Shown here piece after piece: positions 12,285-24,605 of a DNA stretch of 64,000 bases. Where the stretch lies: the NCBI GenBank assembly GCA_965112735.1, contig OZ218965.1, positions 2,294,001-2,358,000 on the forward strand. Reading direction: 5' to 3'. The position numbers and the translations under genes were made by a program. Each line of letters begins with the position of its first letter. The first letter of the stretch is position 1. Origin of the DNA: Phaeosaccion multiseriatum. Its lineage: Eukaryota > Protista > Ochrophyta, other classes. The notes beneath the pieces are model-generated. The model made no database searches. It was not told the DNA's origin and saw only the letters and a list, made by a program, of their open reading frames with translations.

Positions 12285-14030
12285 ATGCCAGCGCGGTGTA
12301 GGCCTTTGCTGGGGTCGTGCCTGGCGGTAGCGGTGCTGTCCACCCCGGTCTGCAGCCGCGTATGCTCGTCATTGGCCCGGGACGCGGCTGGGCGGTTCCC
12401 TGCCCCTCTCCCCCCCAACAGGGCGGTAGCTGCTGCTTTGGAGCGAAGAGGGGGTGGTGCTGAAGGTGGTTCTCCTGGGCCTTCATCCTGGGTTCGGGGC
12501 GGCTCAACAGAGACGGCTGTGATGGGGGCGGATGAAGGAGAGGAGGATGAAGACGAGGGAGGCGTGAGGCGAGGCACGTGTCAGCAGGAGCAGCAGCAGC
12601 AGCAACAGCAGCAGGAACAGCAGCAACAGCGGCAGCAGGAGCAGGAGCAGGAGGAGGAGGGAGTCGGGGAGGAGGGGAGCTGCGACGTGGGCCTGTTCGA
12701 CGCTCTTTACCAAGGCCAGATCTACCTGCAAGAGCACGACTTTGCCATGCAGCAGCAGTGGGCGCAGGAGAACGAGGTCAGCGCGGCCCCGCTGGCGGGA
12801 GGCTTACCACTGTCGCCCCTGAGCAGCAAGCAGCTGGACGATATGCTCCGCGTGCTGCCCACTCTGGGGATTGGGCTCGCGCTAGCCCCACTCCTCGCGG
12901 CATATGTCAGCCGCGCCTTCGCGGTGTTCTGGAGGTACTTCTTGGCGGGTGGGCTGTGCTGCATGCTCAGCCACGGGGCGGCGGTGCCATTCGACGTGGT
13001 CAAGACGTCAATCCAGCTGGGCAGGTACTCCAGCATGGGGGAGGCCTTCGTGCGCCTCGTGCAGGAGCGAGGGCCGGGCTGCTTGTTTGCTGGCTTGGCG
13101 CCCACAGCGGTGGGGTACACCATCCAGGGCTTCCTCAAGTTCGGCTTCTACGAAGCCTTCAAGCCCGGCATGCGGGCGTGGCTGGTGGGCGCGGGGCTCC
13201 CCCTCGCCGTGTTCGCGTCGGTGGTGCTCTCCTCGGCTCTGGCAGATGCCATTGGGTCCACCGCACTCACACCCATGGAGACGGTGCGCATCCGGATGGT
13301 TTCCGACTCGCGATTCGCGCCGTCTCTGCGGCAGGGCTTGATGCGCTTGGTGCGCGAGGGCGATCGCGGCGTGTTGTCTCTCTTCGACGGCCTGGTGAGT
13401 TACTCAGTCACTCACTTGCTCGCTTGCTGACAGCCCTCTGGTCTCGCTCTGAGGCGACTGTTTTTGTTCATCATCGGTATTATTACATTATTACTGCTCT
13501 TTTCCTCCCCATTACCCTACTGCTTGTCCCCTTACTCTCCTCCCACTCCTCCTCCTCCTCCTGCTGGGCCACAGGGCTTGGTGCTGCTGAAACAAGTGCC
13601 GTACACCATCACCAAGCTGAGCATGTTCGAGGTGCTTAGCAAGGCTGTCAGAGGCGCCCTCCCGGCCTCTGCCTCGGCCGCCGCCAAGTTCGGCCTTACC
13701 ATGGCTTGCGCGCTGGGGGCGGGCTTCATGTCGACGATTGCTTCCCAACCTGGGGACACCCTCATGGCGCGGAGGGCGACGACGGCGGCAGGAGCAACAG
13801 CAGCAGAGAGAGAAGGAGCAGACGTAGCCGCGGCAGCAGTAGCGCATGGGAGCCAACCATGTAGCGGGACAGAGGCAAAGGCAGGGAGGGGCAGGAGTGG
13901 CACGGCGGCCCGAGTGGCAGGCTTGTTCACGGGCCTGCGAGCCCGGCTTGTGCACGTGTCGCTGCTGGTCATGATGCAGCTCGTGCTCTACGACTTGTTC
14001 AAGACGCTGCTGGGTATCGACAAGGCGTAA
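12285..14030 (+). CDS. Mitochondrial-carrier family protein (SLC25A3/phosphate-carrier-like) with a long signal-peptide-like N-terminal extension, 2 exons
   Basis: YFLAGGLCCMLSHGAAVPFDVVKT, GLAPTAVGYTIQGFLKFGFYE, LTPMETVRIR, LKQVPYT, SQPGDTL; intron 13395-13573. Confidence 0.9.
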
Positions 14031-14108
14031 CTGTCACTGGAAGGTTGCTGACAAGGCGTAACTGCCACTGAAAGCTGAAGCTGACAAGGCGTAACTGTCA
14101 CTGGAAGG
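14019..14108. repeat. Three tandem copies of gacaaggcgtaactg(t/c)cactg, the first including the stop codon
   Basis: Directly visible. Confidence 0.85.
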
Positions 14109-14962
14109 GTGCTGTGCTGGGCATGGACGAGGCGCAGGGGTGTAAGGATGTGCGCACTCTGCATTGAGCCTGCGCCGTGTGTCGGAGTGAACAGTGGTAC
14201 AATGCGTTTGACTGAAGAGGAGAGGCTGGGGCACCGCTGGAGGCTCACCAGCAGCAGTCGGAAACACAAGCACCGGAGCAAATATGCAAATTCCTTGTGT
14301 TTCCGATTCGACGTGAAGGAGCCGTGGCCAGGTCCTGCTCGCTCGTGCAGTGCCGCCGTTGGCCCCACGTTTTGCCATGTCCCGGTGTACAGTCGAAGAG
14401 ACATGAGGCACCACCTGGCAATGGCTCCTTGGTTCCGCGGGCGGGCCCTGAGCGAACGACCCAAGAGGGAGAGGAGGGGAAATTGTACTGACTTACAAGA
14501 GGGAGAGGTACACGAACCGCCCACTTGTGCAGTGCACGTGTATGTGTGTGTAGGCAGACCCAGTGCTTTGGGCGGGGGGGGGGGGGTGGGGATTTGCCGA
14601 GAGGATTTGCCGAGAGACGAGAGGTAGACAGAGCCTTGTCTCCTCGTTGTCACGAAGGGGAGATGGATTGGACCAGACTCAAAATCAATTCAACTTTCTT
14701 TCTTTTCGACGCCACTGAACAAAAGCCCTGAGGATTCATCTGTTCGAACGCGAGACCTCCGGGGGGGCCTCTCTGCTCGGTCGTGCTGTGTGCTTTCTTT
14801 CTTTCTCTCTCCCTTCTACCCCGAGGGGGTCCTCGTGAGTTGGTGCGCCCGTCGGTACTGACGTATTGCATCGGATGAAGAGTGTTGCCCAACTGGAGCG
14901 AGCCTTGGCCTTTCCGAAGCACCTACACAACCTACACACCTCCGGCAAGAGAAGCGCAGTCC

Positions 14963-16673
14963 TCAGGGGACGGAGCGACCATTGGGGTGACCAGCGGCCT
15001 CACTACTCGTGTGTTTCTCCTTCTTCGACCCGTAGTTCGACATCCTTCCCTGCTGCGGCGGCTGCGGCTGCGGCTGGCCCTGACCCTGCCCTTGACTCTG
15101 ACCCTGACCCCGACCCTGACCCTGACCCTGACCCTGACCCTGACCCTGACCCTGACCCTGACCCCGACCCTGACCCTGACCCTGACCCCGGCCCCGACCC
15201 TGGCCCCTCCCCCTCCCCCCTTGATGGTCGTCGCCCCTCCCCCTCCCCGGCGTGCCCCCCCCCCAGCTCGGAGGCCCTTTCGAATGTCCTTTGCCCCCCC
15301 ACCTCGCGGGCCCAGCCCCCTGATGCTTGAGGTGCACCCCTCCCTTGTGTTGGTGCTGCTGCTGGTGCTGCTGCTGGTGCTGCTGGTGCTGCTGGTGCTG
15401 CTGCTGCTGCTGCTGCTGCTTGGGGTGCGCCCCCCCATTGCTCTGACGCGGAGCATGCCCCTGCCGCGGACTCTCCCCAGCCGGACCCCTTTGGTACTGC
15501 TTGGCGCCATTGGCGGTGCCGTGGTTAGCCATGCCGTGCCGAGGGCTGAGAGCCCCTCCGCTCCTATGGCGAGGGCTGTCAGCAGCAGGCACGGATGACG
15601 TCATGGCCGCTCCCCCCGGACCCCTACCTCTGTCCCTGCTGCTGCCTCTGTCTCTGTCTCCGAAGCGATGGCTGTCAACAGAGCCCCTCGGAGGCCCCCC
15701 GGGGCCTGCGTCTCGTGCGTCTCGAGCTCCTGGGCTCTGTGGTATGCCTCTGCTACCCTCCTCCCTCGCTCTGCTACCCTCCTCCCTGCCGTAGGTCTTG
15801 CTCCTCTGGGGGGCGTAGTGACCGTGGCCGTTCCCTCTGCTGCCCCCCGCCCCTCCGGCCCGCCCCTCCCCCTCATACCTGCCGTCCTGCTGCCTGCCAT
15901 CCTGCTGCCTGCCGTACGCGTGCTGCTGGTGCTCCTCATGGTGTGCGTGTGGCGAGTCACCTCTCCGCTCACCTCTCCCCTCACCCCTCCGTTCGCTTCT
16001 CCCGTCCCCACGGCGCCAGTCTCCCCTCCACCCTCCAGACTCGGGCATATGCCCAGGCATATGGGCAGTGTGCGGTGGCCTCTCATGGCGCCCGTCCCTC
16101 TCTCTCTCCCGCCCTCCTCCTCTCTCTCTCTCTCCCTCGCACAGGGACATCTCAGACGCCCCTCCCCTCGGTAAACCGAAGCTGCTTCCGCTTCCAGCCC
16201 CCCTCCCCTGTCGAGCAGTGGGGCTGCTGCTACCAAGGGGTCTCCCTCGAGACTCGCTCTTCCTGCCTCCGTCTCCGTGCCCACCGTTGTCATACTGATG
16301 GGCATGGCCATATCCGGCAGCTCTCTTCCTCTCCCCTGCCTCGTCTCTCGCTCTGTAGTGATTATCCTGCGCCTCTCCGCCCCTCTTCCACGGCGCCGCA
16401 CCTCCTCCTCCCCCCTGCACCTCGTCAGCCTCTCGCCTCGCACCTCCTCTGGGCGGCATGGGCTGCATGGACTGTATGGACGGTACCACATCCCCCCCCG
16501 TAGAGGATATCTCGCCTGATTCTCGCCCACCCCCGTCCTCCATGTCCATGTCCATCTTCCTCCTTTGCGTACGGGCCACCGGACCATCCTCATTTGGTGT
16601 CATACCGTACTTGAGCCTCACATCCTCCGGCAACCCTCCCACACGGTCCAGAGCTCTCACTCGCGTTTCCCCC

Positions 16674-16737
<64 letters not shown>

Positions 16738-16760
16738 CGTTGTGATGCTGTCGTTGGTGC

Positions 16761-16791
<31 letters not shown>

Positions 16792-16879
16792 GTACATTTT
16801 GTTGCTGATGTTGTTGATGTCGCTGTCGTTGTTGTTGGTCGTGGTGTTGCCGTTGTTGTTGTTGATGATGATGATGTTG

Positions 16880-16927
<48 letters not shown>

Positions 16928-19436
16928 ATCATGATGATGATGTTGATGATGAGGATGATGATGACGCTGATGCTGATGCTGATGCTGCGGGTGTTGCTTC
17001 CCTTGGGAAACGTCGTGCACTGAGCGTGGCGAGTGTCGTTGCCTGCTGTCCCCCCCTCTTTCTCTACTGTCCCCCCCTCTTTCTCTGCTTTCCCCCCCTC
17101 TTTCTCTACTGTCCCCCCCTCTTTCTCTCCTGTCCCCCCCTCTTTCTCTCCTGCCGTCCCCTCTGTCTCTGCTGCCGTCTCCTCTTCCTCCGCCATCTTC
17201 GCCTCTGCCGCCGTCCCACTGCCGCGCGTAGCCCTCCCTCGCTCCTCTCTCTTGCACATTATCTCCACCGTTTGTTTTGCTGTGGTGCAGCCGCCCCCCC
17301 TCTCTCGTATTGCCATGCCCGCTTCCATGTCGATTCGCTTCCCCCCTGCCATCACTCCCCCACTCCCCCTCCCCCCCCTCCTCCCCTTCTCTGATATGTA
17401 CACCCTCCCTCCGTCCCTCCTGAGGGCGCTGCTGTGCGTCGCGGCTGCCTGCGGGGCTCATCATCTGCGGCGAGCATCGGTTTGCGTTTGCGCCTTCCCG
17501 GTACCCCTCGCCCCGCACCTCCCTTCCAGGCACCTCCGGCCCTTCTCGGCGTTGGCGCTTACCCCTTCCATCCTCTCCTTGTCCGCATCGCCTGTCCGCA
17601 CTCGGACTGTCTCTGCCTCTGCCTCTGTCTCTGTCTCTGTCTCTCCCCCCGCGCTGCTGCTGCCACTCAGGCAGATAGTGTAGCGCTCGCCCCCCTCCCC
17701 TGGGGAATGTGCTGTCCCCCTCCACGGCCTCGGAAAGGTCGTAGGCAGCTCCCCTCTCCCCTCGTCTGTGCTCTCTCTCCCCCTGCTGGAGCCCTTTCCA
17801 TGCCATCCCCTCGTTACCATTAGCCCTCTCCATGCCCTCCCCATCAGCGGCGAAATCTCTCCCGCGGCGCTGGTGTTCCTCCTCTCTCTCCTCACTCACT
17901 CTCCTCCTCTTTCGATGTTCGAGTGCAGCGTCCCTTTCAGTCCTTCCAGCTTCAAGCCGGGCCTCCTCCTGCTTGACAGAAGCGTCAGCCTCCTGCTTGA
18001 CACATGCGGCCTCATCTTCCTCCTTCGCCTCAGCGGCGGAGGGAGCAGCAGCGGCAGAAGCAGCAGTAGCAGCAGTCATATGGGCAGTAGCAGCCGCCTC
18101 GCTGAGATGCTCCTTCCCCGGGGGGCTTTGCATTGCCGCTTGCTGCGAGGAGCTCTCCATGACGCGGTGCTTGAACAGGCCCTTGGGTCCTCGGGGGGTG
18201 ACGCACATGCCGTTCTCGCTCACACGCTTGTGCAGGAGCTTCTTGAGCGGCATGGTGACTCGCTCCTCAGACACCTTCTCTACGCTGGGCTGTCCCTTGG
18301 CCTGCCCCTCGTGATCCCGCCCCCCCGCCCCCTCCTCCTCCTCCTCCTCCTCCCCCTCCTCCTCCTCCTCCTCCTCCTCGTCATCGTCATCATCCCCATC
18401 CTCCTCATCGTCCTCCTCGTCCTCGCCCTCGTCCTTGCCCCCCCCCCCCCGCACGTAGCCCTGGTGCGTAACCTCGCCCCCCCTGGGCACTCCCTCGAAG
18501 CGCAGGGCGCATTGTGGACATGCCCACAGCTCCTCAGTCGGCTCATCAACTGAGGGCGGCACCAAGCACTTGAGATGGTACACACAATGGCAAAAGTCGC
18601 ACATTAGCAGGTTGCCGCCCCGACAGCACACGCAGCAGCCATCGTCGTGCTCTCCTTCGAACATGTCCCCCGGGGGGTCTGCCGCTCTGTAGCCCACGCC
18701 TTCTCCCCACCAGCGAAAGGCCTTCTGCATGGCAGGGTTGGAGCCCAGCGCCTCCAGGGCCTTGTCTCTGCACAGCACACGCACACAAGTTGGTAGTATC
18801 CGTAAAGTCACATTCAAGGAAAGCAAACGGGAGGGAGAGAGAGGGAGAGAGAGAGAGAGAGAGAGAAGGATGTGAGCCGCGCAAGGGATGAACCCGAGAG
18901 AGGAGACGGCAGGATGAGAGGCCAGGGATGCCTGCACCACACCGACAACCACGCAAAAGACGTATGTAACCCTATGTAACCCATATGCTTGCCTCTGGTG
19001 TCGCTGGCGGTCCTGCTGGGCAAGCTCCTCGTAGGGCCTCTTGTCCGCCGCGGTCATATCCCGCCACTCCGCAGCAACCACGGACACCACCTGCGGGCAG
19101 AAACGAGGGAGGGAGCGAGCACCCGGGAGGAGAGGGTGCGTGGCGAGAGGAGATGATGAGGAGCGGTGCTGAGGAGTGGGGCCCTTTCTGTAATAGTGTT
19201 CCGCTGACAGACGTGCCGAGCAGCGGGCAAGCAAGCCCGCCATCCACTGCACGCACCTGTCTCCGAGAGAGATCATCGGTGTCTCCAGTGGCCTTGAGCT
19301 CCTTCACCCTCTCATCCACGAAGAAGAGGTACGCGTTGCGCACGCCCTTGACGCTGCTCTTGTTCTTCGGCTTCTTCTCTGCCTTCGTGCCCTTCCCTCC
19401 CGCAACCTTCCCACTGGCCCGTTCTGCTGCTGCTGC

Positions 19437-19482
<46 letters not shown>

Positions 19483-20045
19483 CCCTTCTCCTTCTTCGTG
19501 GCAGCTTTGCTCTGCAGACCCCGCAAGGCGCAACAGGAGGAGGAACAGAAGGACGAGGAAAGCAAGATGCGGGGGGTGAGGAGCAAAACGAGGAGGAGGG
19601 GGAGGAGAAACAAAACGTTTTATCATCGTCAACGCGACTGGGCTACCACCACAGGCACCCGCTAAGCAGCAGCACCCACAGGACACATACGAATCCGTCA
19701 GAGTCCCCATTCAGAACACCCATTGGGGAGTCAGAGGGCTGCTATAAGCAAGCCCCACCGTTGCACTCCTCTGGGGTGCTCCGCTGCTCTGCGCGCGCAC
19801 TGTGACGGCCACCAGCTCACCTTCCTCGGGCTTTTGGGCTTCCCTGGCTTGGCCTTACTCGCTGCAGCCCCTCCGCCTCCATCCCCTTGAGCACCAGCTG
19901 TGTCCTTGCTCGCACCCACTGATCCTCTCCTTTGAGTTGCCGGCTTCGCTCCCGCCGAGCTGCCTACTCCGCCGAACCGAGAGGCATCTGACCCGCTACT
20001 GAGCTCCAACAGCCTCTTCAGCTGCTGTCGCTCGGAGAGGATCAT
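14963..20045 (-). CDS. HMG-box + PHD-finger chromatin protein with a very long low-complexity (Q/H, RGG, GQ) C-terminus, 4 exons
   Basis: Exons ~20045-19821, 19511-19257, 19090-18993 (GC donor) and 18767-14963. HMG: RNAYLFFVDE..|VVSVVAAEWRDMTAADKRPYEELAQQD. PHD: CCVC..GGNLLMCDFC..VYHLKCL..WACPQC. Start codon uncertain. Confidence 0.85.
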
Positions 20046-20178
20046 CCCCACACCACTCACGAGAGCATCATTGGTATATCACGAATCTGACATCAGCTCA
20101 GGATAGCAGCAAAGGTGAGGGCCCTAGCTCAAGCAATGGAACGCGGTCTTGCCCAAGCCTATCAGAGCACAACATAAA

Positions 20179-21855
20179 ATGCCTCGCTGGATTGTGCTTG
20201 TGCAGGGACTGCTGCTGAGCTTCCTTGCTCCGGAGGGTAGCAGCAGGAGCTGCAGCGGAGGAGCAACCCTCACTGCAGTGGCGAGAGGAGCACTCGGGGG
20301 ACTGGCGAGTCCTGCGGGGGCGAGGGGAGGCGGAGGAGAAGGAGGCCAGCGGCGGCGGCGGCGGCAGCAGCAGCAGCAGGAGGAGGAGAAGGAGGAGGGT
20401 GAGGATGGGGCGGAGGAGGGGGAGGGGGAGAGGAATAGGAATAGGAGACTGTCGCCCTTACGGATGACAAAAGGGCGGCGGAGAGGCCTTGAAAGGAGCC
20501 AGATGATGATTGGGGACACACGAGGCGCCCAGGCCCTTGGCTCTCTGCGGCTGAGGGGGGGCGCGGCTATAGATGTGGCAGAGCAAGTGGACGAGGAGGA
20601 TGCATCTGCCGAGGAGGAGCCGCCAGAGCCGCTCCCGTACGACCAAGACACAGCGCTGTGGCTGGTGGACCAGCTGTGCCTGTACCAGACCAGCGTGAGC
20701 CTCATCTCGGAGAAGCTGGCCGTGAAGGTGAGCAGGATATGGCAGACGGGACGGGAAAGGGGTGGGGAAGCTCTGCTTTTAGTGCTTGGCGTGTGCTGGG
20801 TGCACTGCGACTTGTTGCGGCTGTCCTGACCTCCATCATTGAACCAATTCTTGTCTCCTTCCTCCTCTTCCATCCCGACGCACCACTCCACTCCACTCCC
20901 CCTGCTGCTCCTACGATTTCCTCCTGCAGGGCTACAAGGTGCGCGATATGATCCCCAAGCCGCCCGGCCTCATGTGCACGCAGAACTCAGAGGAGCACCC
21001 CGTGCCGTGCCGCATCTACATGGACGCAGCGCCCAAGGCCAAGCTCGTGGCGCCCTGCAAATGCAAGGGCTCGCAGCGATGGATCAGCGTGCAGGCGCTG
21101 AACGACCTCAGGAGGAGGGAGCCGGAGAAGTGGAGCAAGTGCCCCACCTGCCAGGCACGTGCTGTGGATCACCAACTGCTGCTGTTGCTGGCTGCTATTC
21201 CTGTGTGTGGCGGTCTCTAACCTCTCTCGTGTCCGGGCCTTCCCTCCCTTCCCGCTTCCTTCCATCCTTCCTTCCGTCTCTCCTCAGACCAAGATCGACT
21301 ACGCCAAGCTGGAGAGCCACATGGACAAGATGAGCCGCCTCCCCACCGTGCTGCTCAACAACAGGAAGGAGGCCCGCGCCGTGCTGGCCGCAGCTGTGGG
21401 GCTGGTGCTGTGGACCTTCAGCCACTGGATCCGAGTGGCGGTGATCCGGGTGCTGGTGAGCGGCGTGTTCTGGAGGCAGTACCACATCACACATCGCCTC
21501 ATCCACCTGCCGCTGCCCCTCAAGATCCTGCTGGGCAGGTGGATCATGAAGGTAGGCACGGAGGGGTGGGAGGCAGGTGGGAGGCAGGCACACACACCGC
21601 ATACCGCGCTGTCTGTTAGTCCATCTCTCTCATCTGTCTGCGCACCCTCCCCTGCTTTATGAACATGATGTAACTCTGACTCCCCACCCGCTTCTCTCCT
21701 CTCCCCTCACCCCCCCCTGGTAGGCCTCTCGTGCCAAGTTCCTCCGCGTGGAGGGGGACCTCCGCAGCAGGCTGGCAGCGCTGGAGAGTGAGCACCTGGA
21801 GAAGGCGCTGCCCATCACGGTGGATGCCAAGGACATTGAGCAGGAGGCCTTCTAG
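20179..21855 (+). CDS. RING-CH (RINGv/MARCH)-like membrane protein with signal peptide and degenerate RING, 4 exons
   Basis: Exons ~20179-20727, 20930-21154 (GC donor), 21288-21551 and 21724-21855. 'CRIY..LVAPCKCKGSQRWISVQAL..CPTC' is followed by a TM segment. Confidence 0.75.
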
Positions 21856-22264
21856 GCTTGTAGCGCAGCGCTCTATCTGTCGAGCAGGAGTATGCTTTCG
21901 GACTGCCTAGGGCTGCTGGGGCTGGGGCCTCAGCGCCATTTGCTTGCAAGAAACGCATACGGCCAATGAGAGGGAGGGCTTTAAAGCTGTTTAGAGAACA
22001 ATATGATATTTCTATTGCACAGTACGTACGCGTGGAGATCGATGGAGAGAAATATGATGGCACGTTGGTTCTCCAACTTTTCTTTTTTCTCACTCTGCTC
22101 ATTTTCTCTCTCTCTCTCTCTCTTTATAGCACGGAGCCACTCTGCCGACCTTCTTAGTGTAGATCCGCTCTGGGCTGTCTACCCCACAGTTGGGGGGGGG
22201 GGGGCTTAGCAGTCCAGCTGTCAGTTTTGAGAAGGGTCTATCGGAAAGGGGTTGACGACAGAGT

Positions 22265-24333
22265 ATGGGTTGGTTCAACGGTTGGCTGCCGCTGCTGTAC
22301 GTGGCCGGAGCCGGTATAGTCCTGTGTGGAGGGCTCCTCTACTTCTATCAAGACAATCTGCTCTACTTCCCTGCGATGCCCAACAAGAATCCAGAGGACA
22401 ATCCACAAGGTGAGATACGTTCTGATTCGGCTCGAGGAAGCCCTGGGTACTTGGACCTGGGCGAGAGGGGGAAATGCAGGGGGGCGGACATGATCATCCT
22501 CCTTCTACACTTTGTATTATTTCCTGCTCGGCCCGTCACCCCCAGAAACCTCACACATTTGGGTTGTTTGCTGTCGTGCAGGTTACCGGAGCCCGGCGGA
22601 GAGCGGGCTGCCCTTCGAAGACGTATTTATGACCACCTCAGACGGCGTGCGGATCCACGGCTGGCTCCTCAAGCAGCCCAAGGCCGACACCGTCCCCACC
22701 ATCGTATACTTCCACGGCAACGCGGGCAATGTGAGTGCCCAGAGCCATGTCGCAGCTCTTCTTCCCCGCCGTCCTTGTCTCTCACCACCACTACTATTGT
22801 GCCCTCTGTTCCTCTTTAGATTGGCTTTCGCTTGCCCAACGCCCGGGAGATGTACCAGCGGCTGGGTTGCAACATCTTCATGGTGGACTACAGGTAAGGA
22901 AGGGGAGGAAGAAGCGAGGCAGTAAGGAAGTAAGAGGAGGAAGGAGCCAAGGGGCGAGTGGTCGAAGCCTCTCTGCCAGACTCTCCGAGAAGTGAGCCTG
23001 GTGAGAAGGCCGAGGGGGGGGGATGCTGCTGCTGGAGGACTGTCCTTCCTTGATACATGCGTGGTCGGTGCGAAGGAGCCGGAAGTGGGGGGGGGGGGAG
23101 GAGGAGGCGGCGGGAAGGACATGAACGGTAGAGTAGAATATACCAGAGAGGAAAAGAGAGGAAAAACCGACCAGAGGAGAGCTCAGCAAACCTCCAGTAA
23201 GAGCAGAGCTGCCTGCCTGCCTGCCGGCGTGCGGCCCGGAGTCTCACCAGTCTTGACCTCGGGCAACCCTTTGCGCGACGGGGGGCAAGCCCTGGACAAG
23301 CATGCCTTTGACAAGGAGCGAGCCTTTGGCAAGGAGCCTTTGACAAGGAGCCTCTGCCGCCGTGGCACTGTGGCAGGCACACGAATAGACTCTCTACCCT
23401 TTCCCGACTGACCCCTCCTCCTGTCTGCCGCCTCCCCACCCCGGCCGGCGCAGGGGCTACGGCAAGAGTGAGGGCGTCCCCTCTGAGAAGGGCCTGCTGC
23501 TCGACGCTGAGGCGGCCCTCAAGGCGCTCAGAGACGACCCCAGCGCCGGAGTGGACGCCTCTCAAGTTGTGCTCTTCGGCCGATCGCTGGGCGGGGCGGT
23601 GGCGTTCGCAGCGGCGGACAAGTTCCCAGAGATGGTCACGGCAGTCGTTGTGGAGAATACCTTCCTGTCCATCTCAGACATGGTGGTGAGGCAGGGCAGG
23701 CAGGCATATGGACAGGGCGAGTGCCTCTCGGCTGAGAGAGTGGTAGCCTGCCCCCTCGAAGACTGAATGGCAGGCAAGCAGGTTCACCCTCCTCCCTTCC
23801 CTCGTGTGCCCCCCCCCTCCCCCCTCCCCTCCCCTCAGGACGCGGTGCTGCCTCCCCTGCGCTTCATCAAGGGCCTGGTGCTGTCCATCGACTGGCCCAA
23901 CCACCGGTATGCGGCGAGCTGCTCGCTGCCCATCCTCTTCCTGGCGGGGCAGCGGGACGAGCTCGTGCCCTCCTTCCACATGGAGAGGCTCTTCGACCTT
24001 GCCACCTCCTCCAAGCTCAGGAGGATACATAGAGTGCCCAAGGGCGGGCACAACGACACGTGGTACGTGGGGGGCGACAAGTACTACGAGGCCATCGAGG
24101 CCTTCATCAGGGATGTCGACGGGAGAGACTGGGTGCATGTGGATGAGAACTGCGCGGCGGAGGCGGCTGGGGCAGTCCTGACACCAACAGGCTCTACAAG
24201 GGGGGAGGGGGAGGCAGGCCTGGACAGCGGCGTGCACACCCCCCCACCAGAGGAGGCGGCCGGCTCCATTCCCCTCATGCCCGGGGTGGGGCGGCGCCCG
24301 GCGTACCCAGGCAGCCCCAAGAAGACGAGATGA
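22265..24333 (+). CDS. ABHD13: Alpha/beta hydrolase ABHD13/BEM46-like, 5 exons
   Basis: N-terminal TM + YFYQDNLLYFP; YFHGNAGN; DYR|GYGKSEG; GRSLGG (Ser); DELVP (Asp); GGHND (His). Confidence 0.92.
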
Positions 24334-24605
24334 AGTCTGCAAGCCTGTTTACTGTACTGTAAGCCTGTCTGCACAGGGCACCTGTTTGTATTTTACTCTC
24401 AAGATAAAGTGGACAAAAAAGTATAATTACTATGTACTTACACATCCTATCTTCCTGCAGCACCTTGCCCACCAGGCCTGGTCCATGCTCCACACACGAA
24501 TCGTGACACCGCCCCTGTCTCTATTGCCTATCGTGTGGGGGCTGTAGTACGGGCATTATCAGCCCCCCCCCGCCTAAGCTATGTATGTATCTATTTCTCA
24601 TTTCT

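Noticed and set aside
18993-19360. HMG-box gene as a sex-determining locus (with SPO11 in the same window)
   Set aside because: The HMG is fused to a PHD finger in a gene-dense, housekeeping context, with no sign of a non-recombining region.
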